Below are positions 50,955 through 63,524 of a DNA stretch of 64,000 bases, one piece after another. A program made the position numbers and the translations under genes. Under the pieces are notes generated by a model. That model made no database searches. It was not told the origin of the DNA and saw nothing but the letters and a program-made list of their open reading frames with translations. Positions within the stretch are counted from its first letter, which is position 1. Every line of letters starts with the position of its first letter. The stretch is from Somniosus microcephalus (lineage: Eukaryota): NCBI GenBank assembly GCA_052327205.1, contig CM126203.1, positions 224,440,001 through 224,504,000 of the forward strand. The letters are read 5' to 3'.

Positions 50955-52468
50955 AAGTTCATAGGCCGGAATTTTGCCGGCACTGAGAGGATGGGATCGG
51001 AGGCGGGTCAGCTGTGAAATTTGAAATGATTGACAGCGGGTTGGGACCCCGCTGTCAAGCTGCCTCAACGCTAGTCTCCCAGGTGTCGGGTCTGTCAGCG
51101 CTAAACAGACCCGACACCAAGCGGCGGGGGAGGTAATTTAGATCATTAGCTGGAGTGTTAAGAGGCAATTAAGCATTACTTTAAGCTAACCTTTATATTT
51201 TTAGTGCTCGCCAATGGCTTCCCCGCTGCTCGGGGATCACGTCAGGTAAGGAGGTCGGGTGTTGTGTCAGCATGGGATGATTTACTAACTTGACAGCTGC
51301 AATAAAAGCTCCCATTTCATAGGTCTTCACTTTCCAAGGTTAGAAGGTGTTGTTTACTGCATTTGGAAGTCAGATTGAGCTTTAGACAGCTTGCAAATGT
51401 TTGGAGCAAACTCTCTATCCAGTGTCAACTCATTGGAACAACCTCTCTCACCATTGACAGATCACTTCTGTCATCTCAACCCCACCTGCCATCTATTACA
51501 TCAGCATCGGTGCACTTGAAAAAATGTCACCTTGGCCCTCAGAATCAGCCCCAACACCAGCCTCACCTGGCACACCAGCAACACCAACAACAACACTAAC
51601 CTTCACCGCAATCAATTGATGCTGCACAGGACACAGGGCATCAGCACTTGACTACATTGCAGCCCGGGACTCCAGGGATGGCCTCACCATGGCCACATTT
51701 ACTTCACTTGACGCTGCATACCCTGGCTGTGACATGATGCGCCAGGTTGGCACCACCCTGCACCAACACCATAAAGCATCCCTACAATGACCAAACCATT
51801 CCTTTCACACTCACCACCATTGTGGGGGGGAGGGGGGTTACCCTTATGTCTCACCATTCACTGGAACTCACTAAGCCACTTCCAAAGGTGCACATAAATC
51901 TGTCCAAGAGTGCAAAGTATTGAAAATAAAGGTTTCAACGTTTGACAGCACATTAACAGAAACTTTACATGAACATTGGTGAAAACACCCAAGTGCCTAC
52001 CCTTGTGTGTTGTTAGTTGGTATGATTGAACTAGGATGAGGCTGAGTGTGAGGGGTGGCTAGTGAGATGGGGAAATGATAATGTAGATAGAGAGGGATGG
52101 GCGGAGGTGCAAGGTAAGTTGGTGTGAGTAAGGATGTGTAGGAGTAGGGTAGGGAAGGCAGAGTGATGGGGATGTGATGAGTGGCACAGCAGGATGAGTT
52201 TGAGTGTGGCTTGGCAGTAACATTTTGTGACCTACTGTGATCATTGAAAGGTTTGTGCCACTGCACCCAGGTCCTCCTTACAACATCCCTGCATGTGAAC
52301 TTCTGTGCAATGTGCAACCAGGCTGTGTTGATCTCCTGGGGAGGTCACTTCCACCCACTGGAAGACAAGAGAACCTCCCTGCATGTTGTGACTCCCTCCA
52401 TAAGCATATAGAGAGAGTCATGGGAGAGCCTGGGTGCAGCTGTGCACCTTTGTGCAGCACTTGTCATT

Positions 52469-55400
52469 GGAACCAATTAGAGATCAGGCCATCTTGGACT
52501 GGGTATTATGTAATGAGAAAGGGTTAATTAGCAATCTTGTTGTGCGAGGCCCCTTGGGTCAGAGCGATCAAATTATGACAGAATTCTTCATTAAGATGGA
52601 GAGTGAAGTAGTTGACTCAGAAACTACGATGGTATGAGGCGCGAGTTGGGTAGGATTGATTGGGGAATGTCACTCAAAGGGTTGATGGTGGATAGGCAAT
52701 GGCAAACATTCAAAGATCGCATGGATGAGCTAGAGAATTTGTTCATCCCAGGTTGGCATAAAAATAAAACAAAAAAGGTGCCTCAACCGTAGCTAACAAG
52801 GGCAATTAGGGATAGCATAAGATTCAAGGAGAGGGCATATAAATTGGCCAGAAAAAGCAGTAAACCTGAGGATTGTGAGCAGTTTAGGATTCAACAAAGG
52901 AGGACAAAGGGATTAATTAAGAGGGGGAAAATAGAGTATAAGAGTAAGCTTGCAGGGAACATAAAAACTGACTGTAAAAGCTTTTATAGATATGTGAAGA
53001 GAAAAAGATTGGTGAAGTCAAACATTGGTCCCTTGCAGTCAGAATCAGGGGAATTTATAATGGGGAACAAAGAAATGGTTGACCAATTAAATACATACGT
53101 TGGTTCTGTCTTCACAAAGGAGGACACAAATAACCTCCCAGAGATGTCGGGGAACATAGGGTCTAATGAAAGGGAGGAACTGAAATAAATCAGTATTTGT
53201 AGGGAAATGGTGTTAGGGAAATTGATGGGATTGAAGGCCAATAAATCCCCAGTGTAAGGGGTTTTCCTCGAGAGTTTTCCCTGAGGTTTCTCTCTCTAGA
53301 GGCCTCTCTCTCTCTTGCACAGTAAAACCTTGAGTGGTTCGACCCACTCGCCCCTTAGATTCTATATTCTGGACTTAGGGGCAGGAACTACAATGTAGAG
53401 AAAACTCTTGTAGACCAAGTTTGATGAAACAAAATGAAATTTTATTGCATAAGGAAAAATATCAAATCAAATGCAAGCAGATAAGGGAGTACATGGGAGG
53501 GAAAAACACACAAACAAATCATAACGACACAGTACTAACTAAAGCAAATACAGGCATCTTATACTCTACAAAGATCATCATGAAATAAGGAAACACACGG
53601 AACATCGAGGGACAACAACTCATGTTAATTGTACCCTTAAATCCACCCCCTTAGTAAACCTATCTAGATCTGATTGTGAAGGGCCAGAAACATGCTCACC
53701 AATCCCACTAGGAAGTGCAAGGTTTTGAAATCGAGTCTGTGTTTGGTCCTTTCAGGCGTTTCATCTCCACGTGGATCGTGGAGCCCCTGCGAGCTGCGCC
53801 ACACCTCTCTCCTGAGGTGGGGGTCGGGGGCGGCTGGACACCGGCGGGCCTGGATGTCGGCGGAGTCGAGGATCGTTGGCTCGACCCTGGTTAGAGGAGC
53901 CTTGGGCTGGCTCCCATCACTTCTTCAGTTTTCTTTTCTCTTCTCCCGAGCCGGGGTGGCTGGAAGGTTTCTCCTCTTGGGGTTTTTATTTTTTTGTCTC
54001 TTTTCCCAAGTTGGGTCGATGGCCTCTCATTCCGGCAGCGGCCCGGGGATGGTCGATGATCTCCCGATCTGTTTCCCCGGGGCGGAACGCTGGTTTCGAG
54101 ACGGCCTTTTCGATGTTGGCTTTCTTCTTCCTCCTGAGAGTGCCTGCTTCTTCTTCTGGCTGTCCGGATTCAAACTCGACACAAGCTGCAACGGTCTCCA
54201 AGCTTGCAACTGTGTTCCAGCTCAACCTCCGTTCTGTAACCCCCTTCAACTGTAACTCCAGTTATACCTTTTCTTCAGAGGCTTCACTTCCCGCCCAAAA
54301 TCAGGTTAGTCTTTTTTTATTTTTGGCGGGCTGGGAGCACAGTGGGGTAGTTATTATATTTTAAAATGTCCTAAACGGCTGGTAAAGGCCCATCTCTGGT
54401 CTGGAATTACCTTAATTGTTTTTAATGTCCTGCTGATCTCGTTATCTAGTCCTGGGTGCTGTTCTCATGAATATGAAATTGTCCCCTTTTGTCTGGGTTA
54501 ACATTTTGATGGCCTTTGTCTCCAGGCCGATCTTGACTAGATCTGCATCTAATCCATATGCATACCTGTGGGTCTGGTTTCGTTCTCTCAGGAACGGATT
54601 CCAGAACTTGCTGCAGGTTGAATCCACAAAACTGTCTGAGGTTGCGCAGGAACCATTTTAAAGTGTCCCAATAAGCTGGTCACATGGTATGGTGGCTATT
54701 TTGTATGCCCCTTTTTCTGGGCTTAAAGTCCAATTTTGCAAATCCTACACCGGGCCTGATAATCTACATCCTAGGGTACTTAAGGAAGTGGCCCTAGAAA
54801 TAGTAGATGCATTGCTGGTCATCTTCCAAAATTCGATAGACTCTGGAACAGTACCCATGGATTGGAGGGTAGCTAATGTTACCCCACTATTCAAAAAAGG
54901 TGGTAGAGAAAAAATGGGGAATTATAGACTGGTAAGCCTGACATTGGTAGTGGGGAAAATGCTAGAGTCCATTATAGCAGAGCACTTGGAAAACAGTGAC
55001 CAGATCAGACAAAGTCAACATGGATTTACAAAGGGTAAATTGTGCTTGACTAATCTACTGGACTTTTTTGAGGATGTAACTGGTAAAATAGATAAGGGAG
55101 AACCAGTGGATGTGGTGTATTTGGACTTTCAAAAGGCGTTCGATAAGGTCCCACATAAGAGATTAGCGTGTACCGTTAAGGCACATGGGATTGGGGCCAA
55201 GGTATTGACTTGGATAGAGAACTGGTTGGCAGACAGAAAGCAAAGAGTTGGAATAAACGGGTCTTTTTCCGAGTGGCAGGCAGTGACTAGTGGGGTACCG
55301 CAGGGATCGGTCCTTGGACCCCAGCTATTCACAATATATATTAATGATCTAGACGAGGGAACTAAATGTAATATCTCCAAGTTTGCAGACGACACAAAGC

Positions 55401-56313
55401 TGGGTGGGCATGTGAGCTGTGAGGAGGATGCCGAGAAACTCCAGTGTGATTTGGATAGGTTGGGTAATTGGGCAGAAGCATGGCAGATGCAATATAACAT
55501 GGATAAATGCGAGGTAATCCACTTTGGTGTCAAAAACAGGAAGGCAGATTATTATCTGAATGGCAATAGATTGGGAGAAGGGGAAGTGCAACGAGACCTG
55601 GGTGTCCTTGTGCACCAGTCGCTGAAGGTAAGCATGCAGGTGCAGCAGGCGGTTAAGAAGGTAAATGGTATTTTGGCCTTCGTAGCGAGAGGGTTTGAGT
55701 ACAGGAACAAGGATGTCTTGCTGTAGTTGTACAGGGCCTTGGTGAGACCACATCTTGAGTATTGTGTGCAGTTTTGGTCGCCATATCTGAGGAAGGATGT
55801 TCTTGCCATGGAGGGAGTGCAGCGAAGATTCACCAGGCTGATACCTGGGATGGCAGGAATGACGTATGAGGAGAGATTGGGTCGATTGGGCTTATACTCG
55901 CTGGAGTTTAGAAGAATGAGAGGGGATCTCATTGAAACTTATAAAATTCTAAAAGGACTAGACAGACTAGATGCGGGAAGGATGTTCCCGATGGTCGGGG
56001 AGTCCAGAACCAGCGGTCACAGTCTAAGGATAAGGGGTAAGCCATTTAGGACAGAGATGAGGAGGAATTTCTTCACCCAGAGAGTGGTGAACCTGTGGAA
56101 TTCTCTACCACAGAAGGCAGTTGAGGCCAATTAATTAAATATATTCAAGAAGGAGTTAGATATATTTCTTAAGGCTAAAGGGATCAAAGAATATGGAGAG
56201 AAGGCAGGAACAGGGTACTGAATTTGGATGATTAGCCATGATCTCATTGAATGGCGGAGCAGGCTCGAGGGGCCGAATGGCCTGCTCCTGCTCCTATCTT
56301 CTATGTTTCTATG
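52469..56313 (+). mobile_element. 5'-truncated CR1, split by a solo-LTR-like insert
   Basis: ORF2 from QAILDWVLCNE to the tail. The KSP|GPD motif is split at 53252/54750. Confidence 0.92.
53253..54749 (-). mobile_element. 1.5-kb solo-LTR-like insertion of unknown family
   Basis: Ends TGTAAGG...TCCTACA with an imperfect 3-4 bp TSD ((c)cag/ccg). Minus-strand AATAAA at ~53441-53446. Orientation is inferred. Confidence 0.75.
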
Positions 56314-56590
56314 CTTGCAGCACCTCAATGCTGTAGAACGCTGACAGCACAACTGTCAAAATGAATGTGGACCTGGCCCCTCTAAGGAAACCGGCCGATG
56401 ACGCGTCATGAAATGACGTCATCAGACCCGTATCCTTTTAATTGGCCGGGAACCTCGCTTGGTGGACTTAACAAGCCCAAACATCGTAAAAACACTTCAA
56501 CAGAGCGGGCTGGAGCAGGCAGTGGGCTGGGACCGTGCTATTGACCCCGGCTGCCCTGGGCCCGCCTCGGTAGGCGAAACCGCGACCATA

Positions 56591-58960
56591 GTGCAGGGGT
56601 GCAATTAAAAAGGATATTAGGAAAGCAAAGAGAGAGCATGAAAAATTCTTGGCAAGTAAAATCAAGGAGAACCCAAAGATGTTTTATAAATATATTAAGA
56701 GTAAGAGGATAACTAAAGAAAGGGTAGGGCCTATTAGAGATCATGAGGGTAATCTGTGTGTGGAGAACCTCCGCAAGATCCTGCAAATCCATTGGCAGGA
56801 TAGGCGCACCAACGTCAGTGTTCTTGCTCAGGCCAACACCCCCAGCATCGAAGCTCTGACCACGCTCAATCAGCTCCGATGGATGGGTCACATTGTCCGC
56901 ATGCCCGATACGAAACTCCCAAAACAAGCGCTCTACTCGGGGCCTCCTTGAAAAAGTGTAAGATCCCCATCGACACCTGGGAATCCCTGGCCCAAGACCG
57001 CACAAAGTGGAGGAGAAGCATCCGGGAAGGCGCCGAACACCTCGAGTCTCTTTGCCGGGAGCAAGCGGAAGCCAAGCACAGGCAGCGCAAGGAACGCACG
57101 TCAACCCAAGCACCCCACCCACCCGCCCCTTCAATCACCGTCTGCCCCACCTGTGACAGAGACTGTAGGTCCCACGTTGGACTCATCAGTCACCTGCGAG
57201 CTCATTTTTAATGTGGAAGCAAGTCATCCTCGGTTCCAAGGGACTGCCTAAGTAGGAGAAGGAGGCGGGAGATGTCGGTAGGGTTCTTAATTAATACTTT
57301 GCGTCTGTTTTCACAAAGGAGAGGGGCGAAGCAGATATTGCTATCAGGGGGGAGGAGTGTGAAATATTAGATGAAATAAACATAGTGAGAGGGTTTTAAG
57401 GGGTTTAGCAGCTTTAAAAGTGGATAAATCCCCAGGCCCGGATGAAATGTATCCCAGGCTGTTAAGTGAAGCAAAAGAAGAAATAGCAGAGGCTCTGACC
57501 ATCATTTTTGAATTCTCTCTGGCTTCAAGTGTGGTGCCGAAGGACTGGAGGACTGCTAATGTGGTACCCTTGTTTAAAAAGGGAGAAAAGGATAGACCGA
57601 GTAATTACAGGCCAGTCAGTCTAACCTCGGTGGTGGGAAAATTATTGGAAAGAATTCTGAAGGACAGGATAAATCTTCATTTGGAAAGACACGGATTAGT
57701 TCGTGTCTGACAAACTTGATTGAATTTTTTGAGGAGGTAACAAGAAGGGTAAATGAGGGTACTGCGTTTGATGTATTGCATATGGACTTTAGCAAGGCTT
57801 TTGAGAAGGTTCCACATGACAGACTGGTCACGAAGTTAAAAGCCCATGGGATCCACGGCAAAGTGTCAAGTTGGATTCAAATCTGGCTTGGGGACAGGAA
57901 GCATAAGGGAATGGTTGATGGGTGTTTTTGTGACTGGAAGGCTGTTTCCAGTGGGGTTCCGCAGGGCTCAGTACTAGGTCCCTTGCTTTTTGTGGTATAT
58001 ATCAATGATCTAGACTTGAATATAGGGGGTATGATTGAGAAGTTTGCAGATGATACTAAAATCGACCGTGTGGTTGATACTGATGAAGGAAGCTGCAGAT
58101 CAATAAATTGGTCAGGTGGGCAGAACAGTGGCAAATAGAATTCAATCGAGAGAAGTGTGAGGTAATGCATTTGGGGAGGGCTAACAAGGAAAGGGAATAC
58201 ACATTAAATTGTAGGACACTGAGTAGTGTAGAGGAACAAAGGGACCTTGGAGTGCATGTCAACAGATCCCTGAAGGTAGCAGGCCAGGTAGATAAGGTGG
58301 TTAAAAAGGCATATGGAATGCTTGCCTTTATTAGCCGTGGCATAGAATGCAAGAGCAGGGGGGTTATGCTTCAACTGTATGAAACACTAGTTAGGCCTCA
58401 GCTAGAGTACTGCGTGCAGTTCTGGTCACCACATTACAGGATAGATGTGATTGCACTAGGGAGGGTGCAGAGGAGATTTACAAGGATGTTGCCGGGAGTA
58501 GAGAATCTTAGCTATGAGGAAAGACTGGATAGGCTGGGTCTGTTTTCCTTTGAACAGAGGAGGCTGAGGGGAGTCCTTACTGTGGTGTATAAAATTATGA
58601 GGGGCATAAATAAAGTTTATAGAAAGGACCTATTTCCCTTAGCAGAGGGGTCAAAAACTTGGGGGCACAGATTTAACGTAATTGGGGGAAGGTTTAGAAG
58701 GGATTTGAGGGGAATTTTCTTCACCCAGAGGGTTGTGGGGGTCTGGAACTCACTGCCTGAAAGGGTGGTAGAGGCAGGAAACCTAATCACATTTAAAAAG
58801 TACTTGGATGTGCACTTGGGATGCTCTAACCTGCAGGGCTACGGACCAAGGGCTGGGAAGTGGGATTGGCTGGTTAGCTCTTTGATGGCCGGCGTAGACA
58901 CGATGGGCCGAAATGGCCTCCTTCCATGCTGTAACTTTCTATGATTCTGATTCTATGATA
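56591..58960 (+). mobile_element. Older CR1 fragment, split by an RTE
   Basis: KENPKMFYKYIKSKR, DKSPGPDEMYPR, KFADD, YCVQFWSPHY and an (attctatg)n tail. Confidence 0.9.
56767..57260 (+). mobile_element. RTE-clade LINE 3' fragment
   Basis: LRKILQIHWQDRRTNVSVL...QLRWMGHIVRMPDTKLPKQALY and a terminal C2H2 finger CPTCDRDCRSHVGLISHLRAH. Short GGAG duplication. Confidence 0.88.
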
Positions 58961-59438
58961 GTGTCCCTGACCCATGTGCAAATTGGGCATGGGCCGACGC
59001 ACTGTTAAATTCGTCATTGTTGCACCTGTTTCACGCCTGAAAGACAGGCATAATGATGTGAAATTTAGGACATTTTGCACCTCTGACAGGTTAAGGTCAT
59101 AAACAATAGTTTAATTTGCAGTGGAACATTGACTATCTGACACATTATATTGGCAAATAATTGGAAATCCATTGGAAAGAAGAACAAAATGTTCAGCCTT
59201 TTCCTTTTTTTTTCTCTCCCACATGGCAGCTGTCTTTCATTCTGCCAGTACATTTCACACTTCATCTAGAGCCATCCTTTGTCTCTTTACTTGTCCTATT
59301 ACCATCTCGTCTCACCTTGAATATCTCTTAATGTCTCTTCACCTCTCACAGAACATCCCTTTTGTTCTTTCATCCCCTCCCCCATTTCCCAGCCCCCAAA
59401 CTTGCTTTTTAATCTGTTTCATTTCCTGCTTTTTTCTC

Positions 59439-59474
59439 AGTTCTGAAGAAGGGTTTCGACCTGCAACATTAACT
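59439..59474 (+). ncRNA. Degenerate minimal hammerhead motif
   Basis: agtt-CTGAAGA-agggtttcgacct-GCAAC-ATT-aact (core mutated). Confidence 0.5.
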
Positions 59475-60160
59475 CTGTTTCTCTCTCCATGGATGTTGCC
59501 TGGCCTGCTGAGTTTTTCCAGCATTTTCTGTTGTTATCTTTATAAAGTGAGTCATCCTCACACATCTAGTATACTGTGTTCGCTGCTCACGATGTGGTCT
59601 CCTCTGCACTGGGGAGACCAAATGCAGATTGGGTGACCGCTTTGCGGAACACCTCCGTTCAGTCCGTAAGGGTGACCCCGGGCTTCCGGTCGCCTGTTAT
59701 TTCAATTCACCGTTCCATTCTCACTCGGACCTCACCGTCCTCGGCCTCTTGCATTGTTCCACGGAAGCTCAGCGTAAGCTCGAGGAACAGCACTTCATCT
59801 TCCGATTAGGCACTTAACAGCCTTCCGGACTCAACATAGAGTTCAACAATTTCAGGCCATAACCTGGTCCCTATCATATTTTTATATATTTTTATCCACA
59901 CTTTTGGTTTGTGCCTTTTCCCTTTTTTTTTCTTTCTCTCCCATATGGCAGCTGTCTTTCATTCTGCCAGCGTATTTCACACTTCATCTAGAGCCATTCT
60001 TTGTCTCTTTACCTGCCCTATTACCCTCTCGTCTCGCCTTGAATATCTCTTAATGTCTCTTCACCTCCCACAGACCTTCCCTTTTGTTCTTTCATCTCCT
60101 CCCCCATTTCCCAGCCCACAAACTTGCTTTTTAATCTGTTTCATTTCCTGTTTTTTTCTC

Positions 60161-60197
60161 AGTTCTGATGAACGATCTACGACCTGAAACGTTAACT
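60161..60197 (+). ncRNA. Minimal type I hammerhead motif, core intact, stem II eroded
   Basis: agtt-CTGATGA-acgatctacgacct-GAAAC-GTT-aact. Confidence 0.65.
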
Positions 60198-60407
60198 CTG
60201 TTTCTCTCTCCATGGATGTTGCCTGGTCTGCTGAGTTTTTCCAGCGTTTTCTGTTGTTATTTCAGATTTCCAGCAACTGCAGTATTTTGCTATCATAAAA
60301 TGTTCAGCTGTTCAGCTGAATGGCTGAAGCTCTTACGTAGGTCTGCCATTTCTCTGTGTTCATTTGCAATTATTTATTGTGATATTTTTGAGCTGACTAA
60401 AGATTTT

Positions 60408-61141
60408 GGGCGAGATTTTGCTGTCGAAGTAACGGTGAGGCTAATGACATCGTCGTTATTTATGCATAAATGATACAGCTACTTCAGGCGAGGAGCAGAT
60501 GCGTGATTAAATGCCAATATCCAAATGTTGTTGTCCGAGTTGTATCGCTCTGCCGTTAGCTTTGGAAAAATGGCATTCCACTATCTGCCTCGCTATTGAC
60601 ATGCAATGAATGTTATGAAGTTGCTGTATTTGCACGGTAGATACGAACTAAGCCCGTCACAGATATTCACAGATAATTACAAGCTTAAGTGCCTTTTTAA
60701 TGACGTGTTATGTGTTAATGACTGCCGATCAACCTCTCTAGCACTGAAAATTAACTATTATAAGCGTGCAGTCTCATGCCTTCAGGTTGTGAATTGTTTT
60801 AGGAGATTTTAAAAATGTCAAATTTTAAAAAAATCTTACTTTCCCTTTGACTCTTTTTTCCCCTCTCTTAATACAGTCTTTCTTTCCCTCTTTTTATTTC
60901 TCTTTCTGTACCTGATTTGACATTGAATTCACCCCCTTTAAATCACCCTCCTTCTCAGTCCTTCCTGTGTTAATTTCTCAAGCCTTGAATCTGATAGGTT
61001 AAGGAGATACCCTGTTGGTTGCCCTGTTCAGTCAGGTCCCCGATGCCCTGTGGGCAAAATTTCTTTGAGCTGATGGGTGCAGGGCCAAGACTAACTAATG
61101 GCAGATGCCATTAGATACCCTGCTACAGCAAAATCTGGCCC
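60408..61141. mobile_element. Non-autonomous DNA transposon
   Basis: TIR gggcgagattttgctgt / acagcaaaatctggccc. Confidence 0.75.
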
Positions 61142-61947
61142 ATTAAAAGAGACACAGTACAAAGAAGATGGTGGGTAGAAAGAATCAGAGTGCAATGGCG
61201 AAATTTGGAAAAGGCACCGGAGGAAAGTGATGCAAAAGTTCCAGGATCAGCGAGGGGAGCAGACTGATCAATTGCTCCGAGAAATGGAAGAATCTCTTAT
61301 TCATAGCAATAAGGACAGATGAGGAAGACCATTCAGTCCATCTAGCTCACCTTTCTATAGTAACACATATCCCACATTCACGTTTCCCAATGGCTTGTGA
61401 ATAATTCCACAATTTTTGCCTCCAATGCTCCATGCAGAGGGCTATTCTGGTTATTAATCATTCTTTGCTTGAAGAAGTGCTTCCTGACATGAATCCTGAA
61501 CTTGTTCTGAACTTACGTATAGCTGTCACATTCACTTTCATTTCAGATCTTTTATTGAGTTATCTTCAAGCTGACAATGGAGGCACTCCATTGTGGAAAG
61601 ATAATATTTTGTCTAGCTGTGCTTAAATCAGCTGCTTTAAATTTTCTTACTACACAGAAATGTAATCCTTGCATTTTAGTCACTGTTTTTCCCCAGCTTT
61701 ATTTCCATTCTTAAAGTACACTAGAAATATGAGTCTAACCAAAGTGGAAGCATATGAATAACTTTTCTAACTGTTATTAGAGCATAATGATAATTACTTG
61801 GAGCAGCTGCTCATTTCAGTATGCATTTACAAAATCTTTATGCTTTATCTCATTTGATTTAAACAAAATTTTTCTACAAATAATGGATATTCCACATGTT
61901 CCATCTGGTAAGCCCACAGTAATAACCTGGAGAAGTATGCAAACCAA

Positions 61948-62645
61948 GGGCTGAAAATTCAGTAGGGTTAGCGCCCATTTTGCGGCGCTAGAGGGCCTAG
62001 CGCCGCAATGATAGCCGTTTCTGAAATTCACTTCGGCGCTGCCATCGGCGTTAGCCGGTTGCGCTGCGCCGGCACCAATGATGTCATCGGTGTGCGCAGC
62101 GTCCCGGTTGCCGTGGCAACGCGCCCGAACGCCGAAATTCAGTTGCGGCCGCCTCGCCCGTGGCAGCCGCAACTAAGACTCTGGCAACCGAGTCTTACAC
62201 AAGTTAGCGCCGGCGCATTAAGGTCGCGCGGCGGCCGGCCGCTTTCCCGCCGGCCGCCTGCCCGCACCTCCCTCCCCAGACTCCTCCACTCCCCCCCCCG
62301 CGGAACAGATGCGTCTGGCCTGCAAGCCCGGCACTTGTCCGAGGTGCCGGGCTCATTTTTGAAAAAATCAAACGGCCAGCGATCGGGTGAAGGCAGCGCC
62401 TCCTTAACGGGAGGAGGAGGCCAGCACTTCCCCAGCCTGCCGCACCGCATCGGGTGCCGCAGCGCCGGATTAGCGCCGCAATGCGGCACTCAGCGCCCAT
62501 TGGGAGGCACTCACGCCCGCCAGTAGCGCCGGCAGCCGTCTGGGCGTGGCGCTACTGAATTTTTGGCGCGCGCAAGGGAATTAGCGCCGGCGCTAAATTT
62601 CCGGCGCTAAAGCCCTGGCGCGGCGTCAACTCAATTTCTAGGCCC
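61948..62645. mobile_element. GC/CpG-rich MITE, paralogue of 32198-32885
   Basis: Extensive similarity in the same orientation. Ends gggctgaaaattcag / ctcaatttctaggcc with a 3-bp duplication (CAA or AAG depending on register). Confidence 0.88.
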
Positions 62646-63002
62646 AAGTTTTTAAGCAGATGCGGATTTACCATAAAACTAAAACAAAAAATGCCTTATT
62701 TTAATCTCAGAGCCTTAAAATCAATGTTGTTTGTTGCAAAAAGCAACATTTCCAGCACATACCTGGCTGCTTCTGTGTACATTCAGAATCCAGGCATGTT
62801 TCACATTGGTACAAAATAAAATAAGCTGAAGTAACTGAAATTCATCCTTGTGAATATGTGGCATATTTCTGATTATCATATTCAGATATATAGACTACGG
62901 TAATTATTGCACGACATTTGGCAAATACTAGTAAATATAATGAGAAAACATTGCAAGAACAATCTTCATGTATGAACAGCAGGGTACATTTTTGACTTCT
63001 CT

Positions 63003-63135
63003 GCTTGGGCTGTAATCTGGCAGAGTGGAATCCACCTGAATTTCACTCCACTGATTTCAATGGAATAGAATTCGGGTAGGTTTAACAATGGGCAGGTGAT
63101 ACACTCCGCCAGATTACTGCTCAGGTGGTGAAGAT
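63003..63135. mobile_element. Hairpin MITE related to 5163-5338
   Basis: Centre tccactgatttcaatgga, arms gtaatctggcagagtg / cactccgccagattac. Confidence 0.6.
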
Positions 63136-63524
63136 GAAGCTTTTGCTACCTTCCAAATTTAAAGATGATTGGAACAATTATGACGTTCTAGAACCTCTTC
63201 CATCATCTCCAGTACTGTTCACAAAGGGACACTGGATGTGCCACATTAAGACTCAATCTTAATGCTTAAATATGATGCAGAAAATATGACAGGAGACAAG
63301 GACTGTTTTTACAGCCTATACGTTTATTTTTAAATGTGGGAAAGAATTTGTAATTATAAAGCACCTTATCACATCCTCAGGATACCCTAAAGCATTTACA
63401 TCCAATGGATTGCATTTGACGTGAAGTCACTGTTGTTTTGTAGGCAGGCAATTTGCACACAGCAAATCAAAGATCAATCTTCTTTTGGTGATACTGGTTG
63501 AGGGAAGAATCTTGATCAAATATA

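Larger units (their letters stand above)
50964..56587 (+). mobile_element. Internally deleted Harbinger element (same family as 7977-10306) with a CR1 insert
   Basis: TSD ATA (50961-50963 / 56588-56590), ends ggccggaattttgcc / ggcgaaaccgcgacc, long similarity to 7977-10306. Confidence 0.85.
59198..60296 (+). mobile_element. Penelope-like element fragment: GIY-YIG domain between two pseudo-LTR direct repeats
   Basis: YCVRCSRCGLLCTGETKCRLGDRFAEH...EEQHFIFRLGT. Repeats at ~59198-59537 and ~59915-60296. 12-bp TSD aaaatgttcagc (59186-59197 / 60297-60308). Confidence 0.9.

Noticed and set aside
54689-55726. 345-aa RT ORF with a novel N-terminus
   Set aside because: The first ~20 codons come from the end of the LTR-like insert running into CR1 ORF2.
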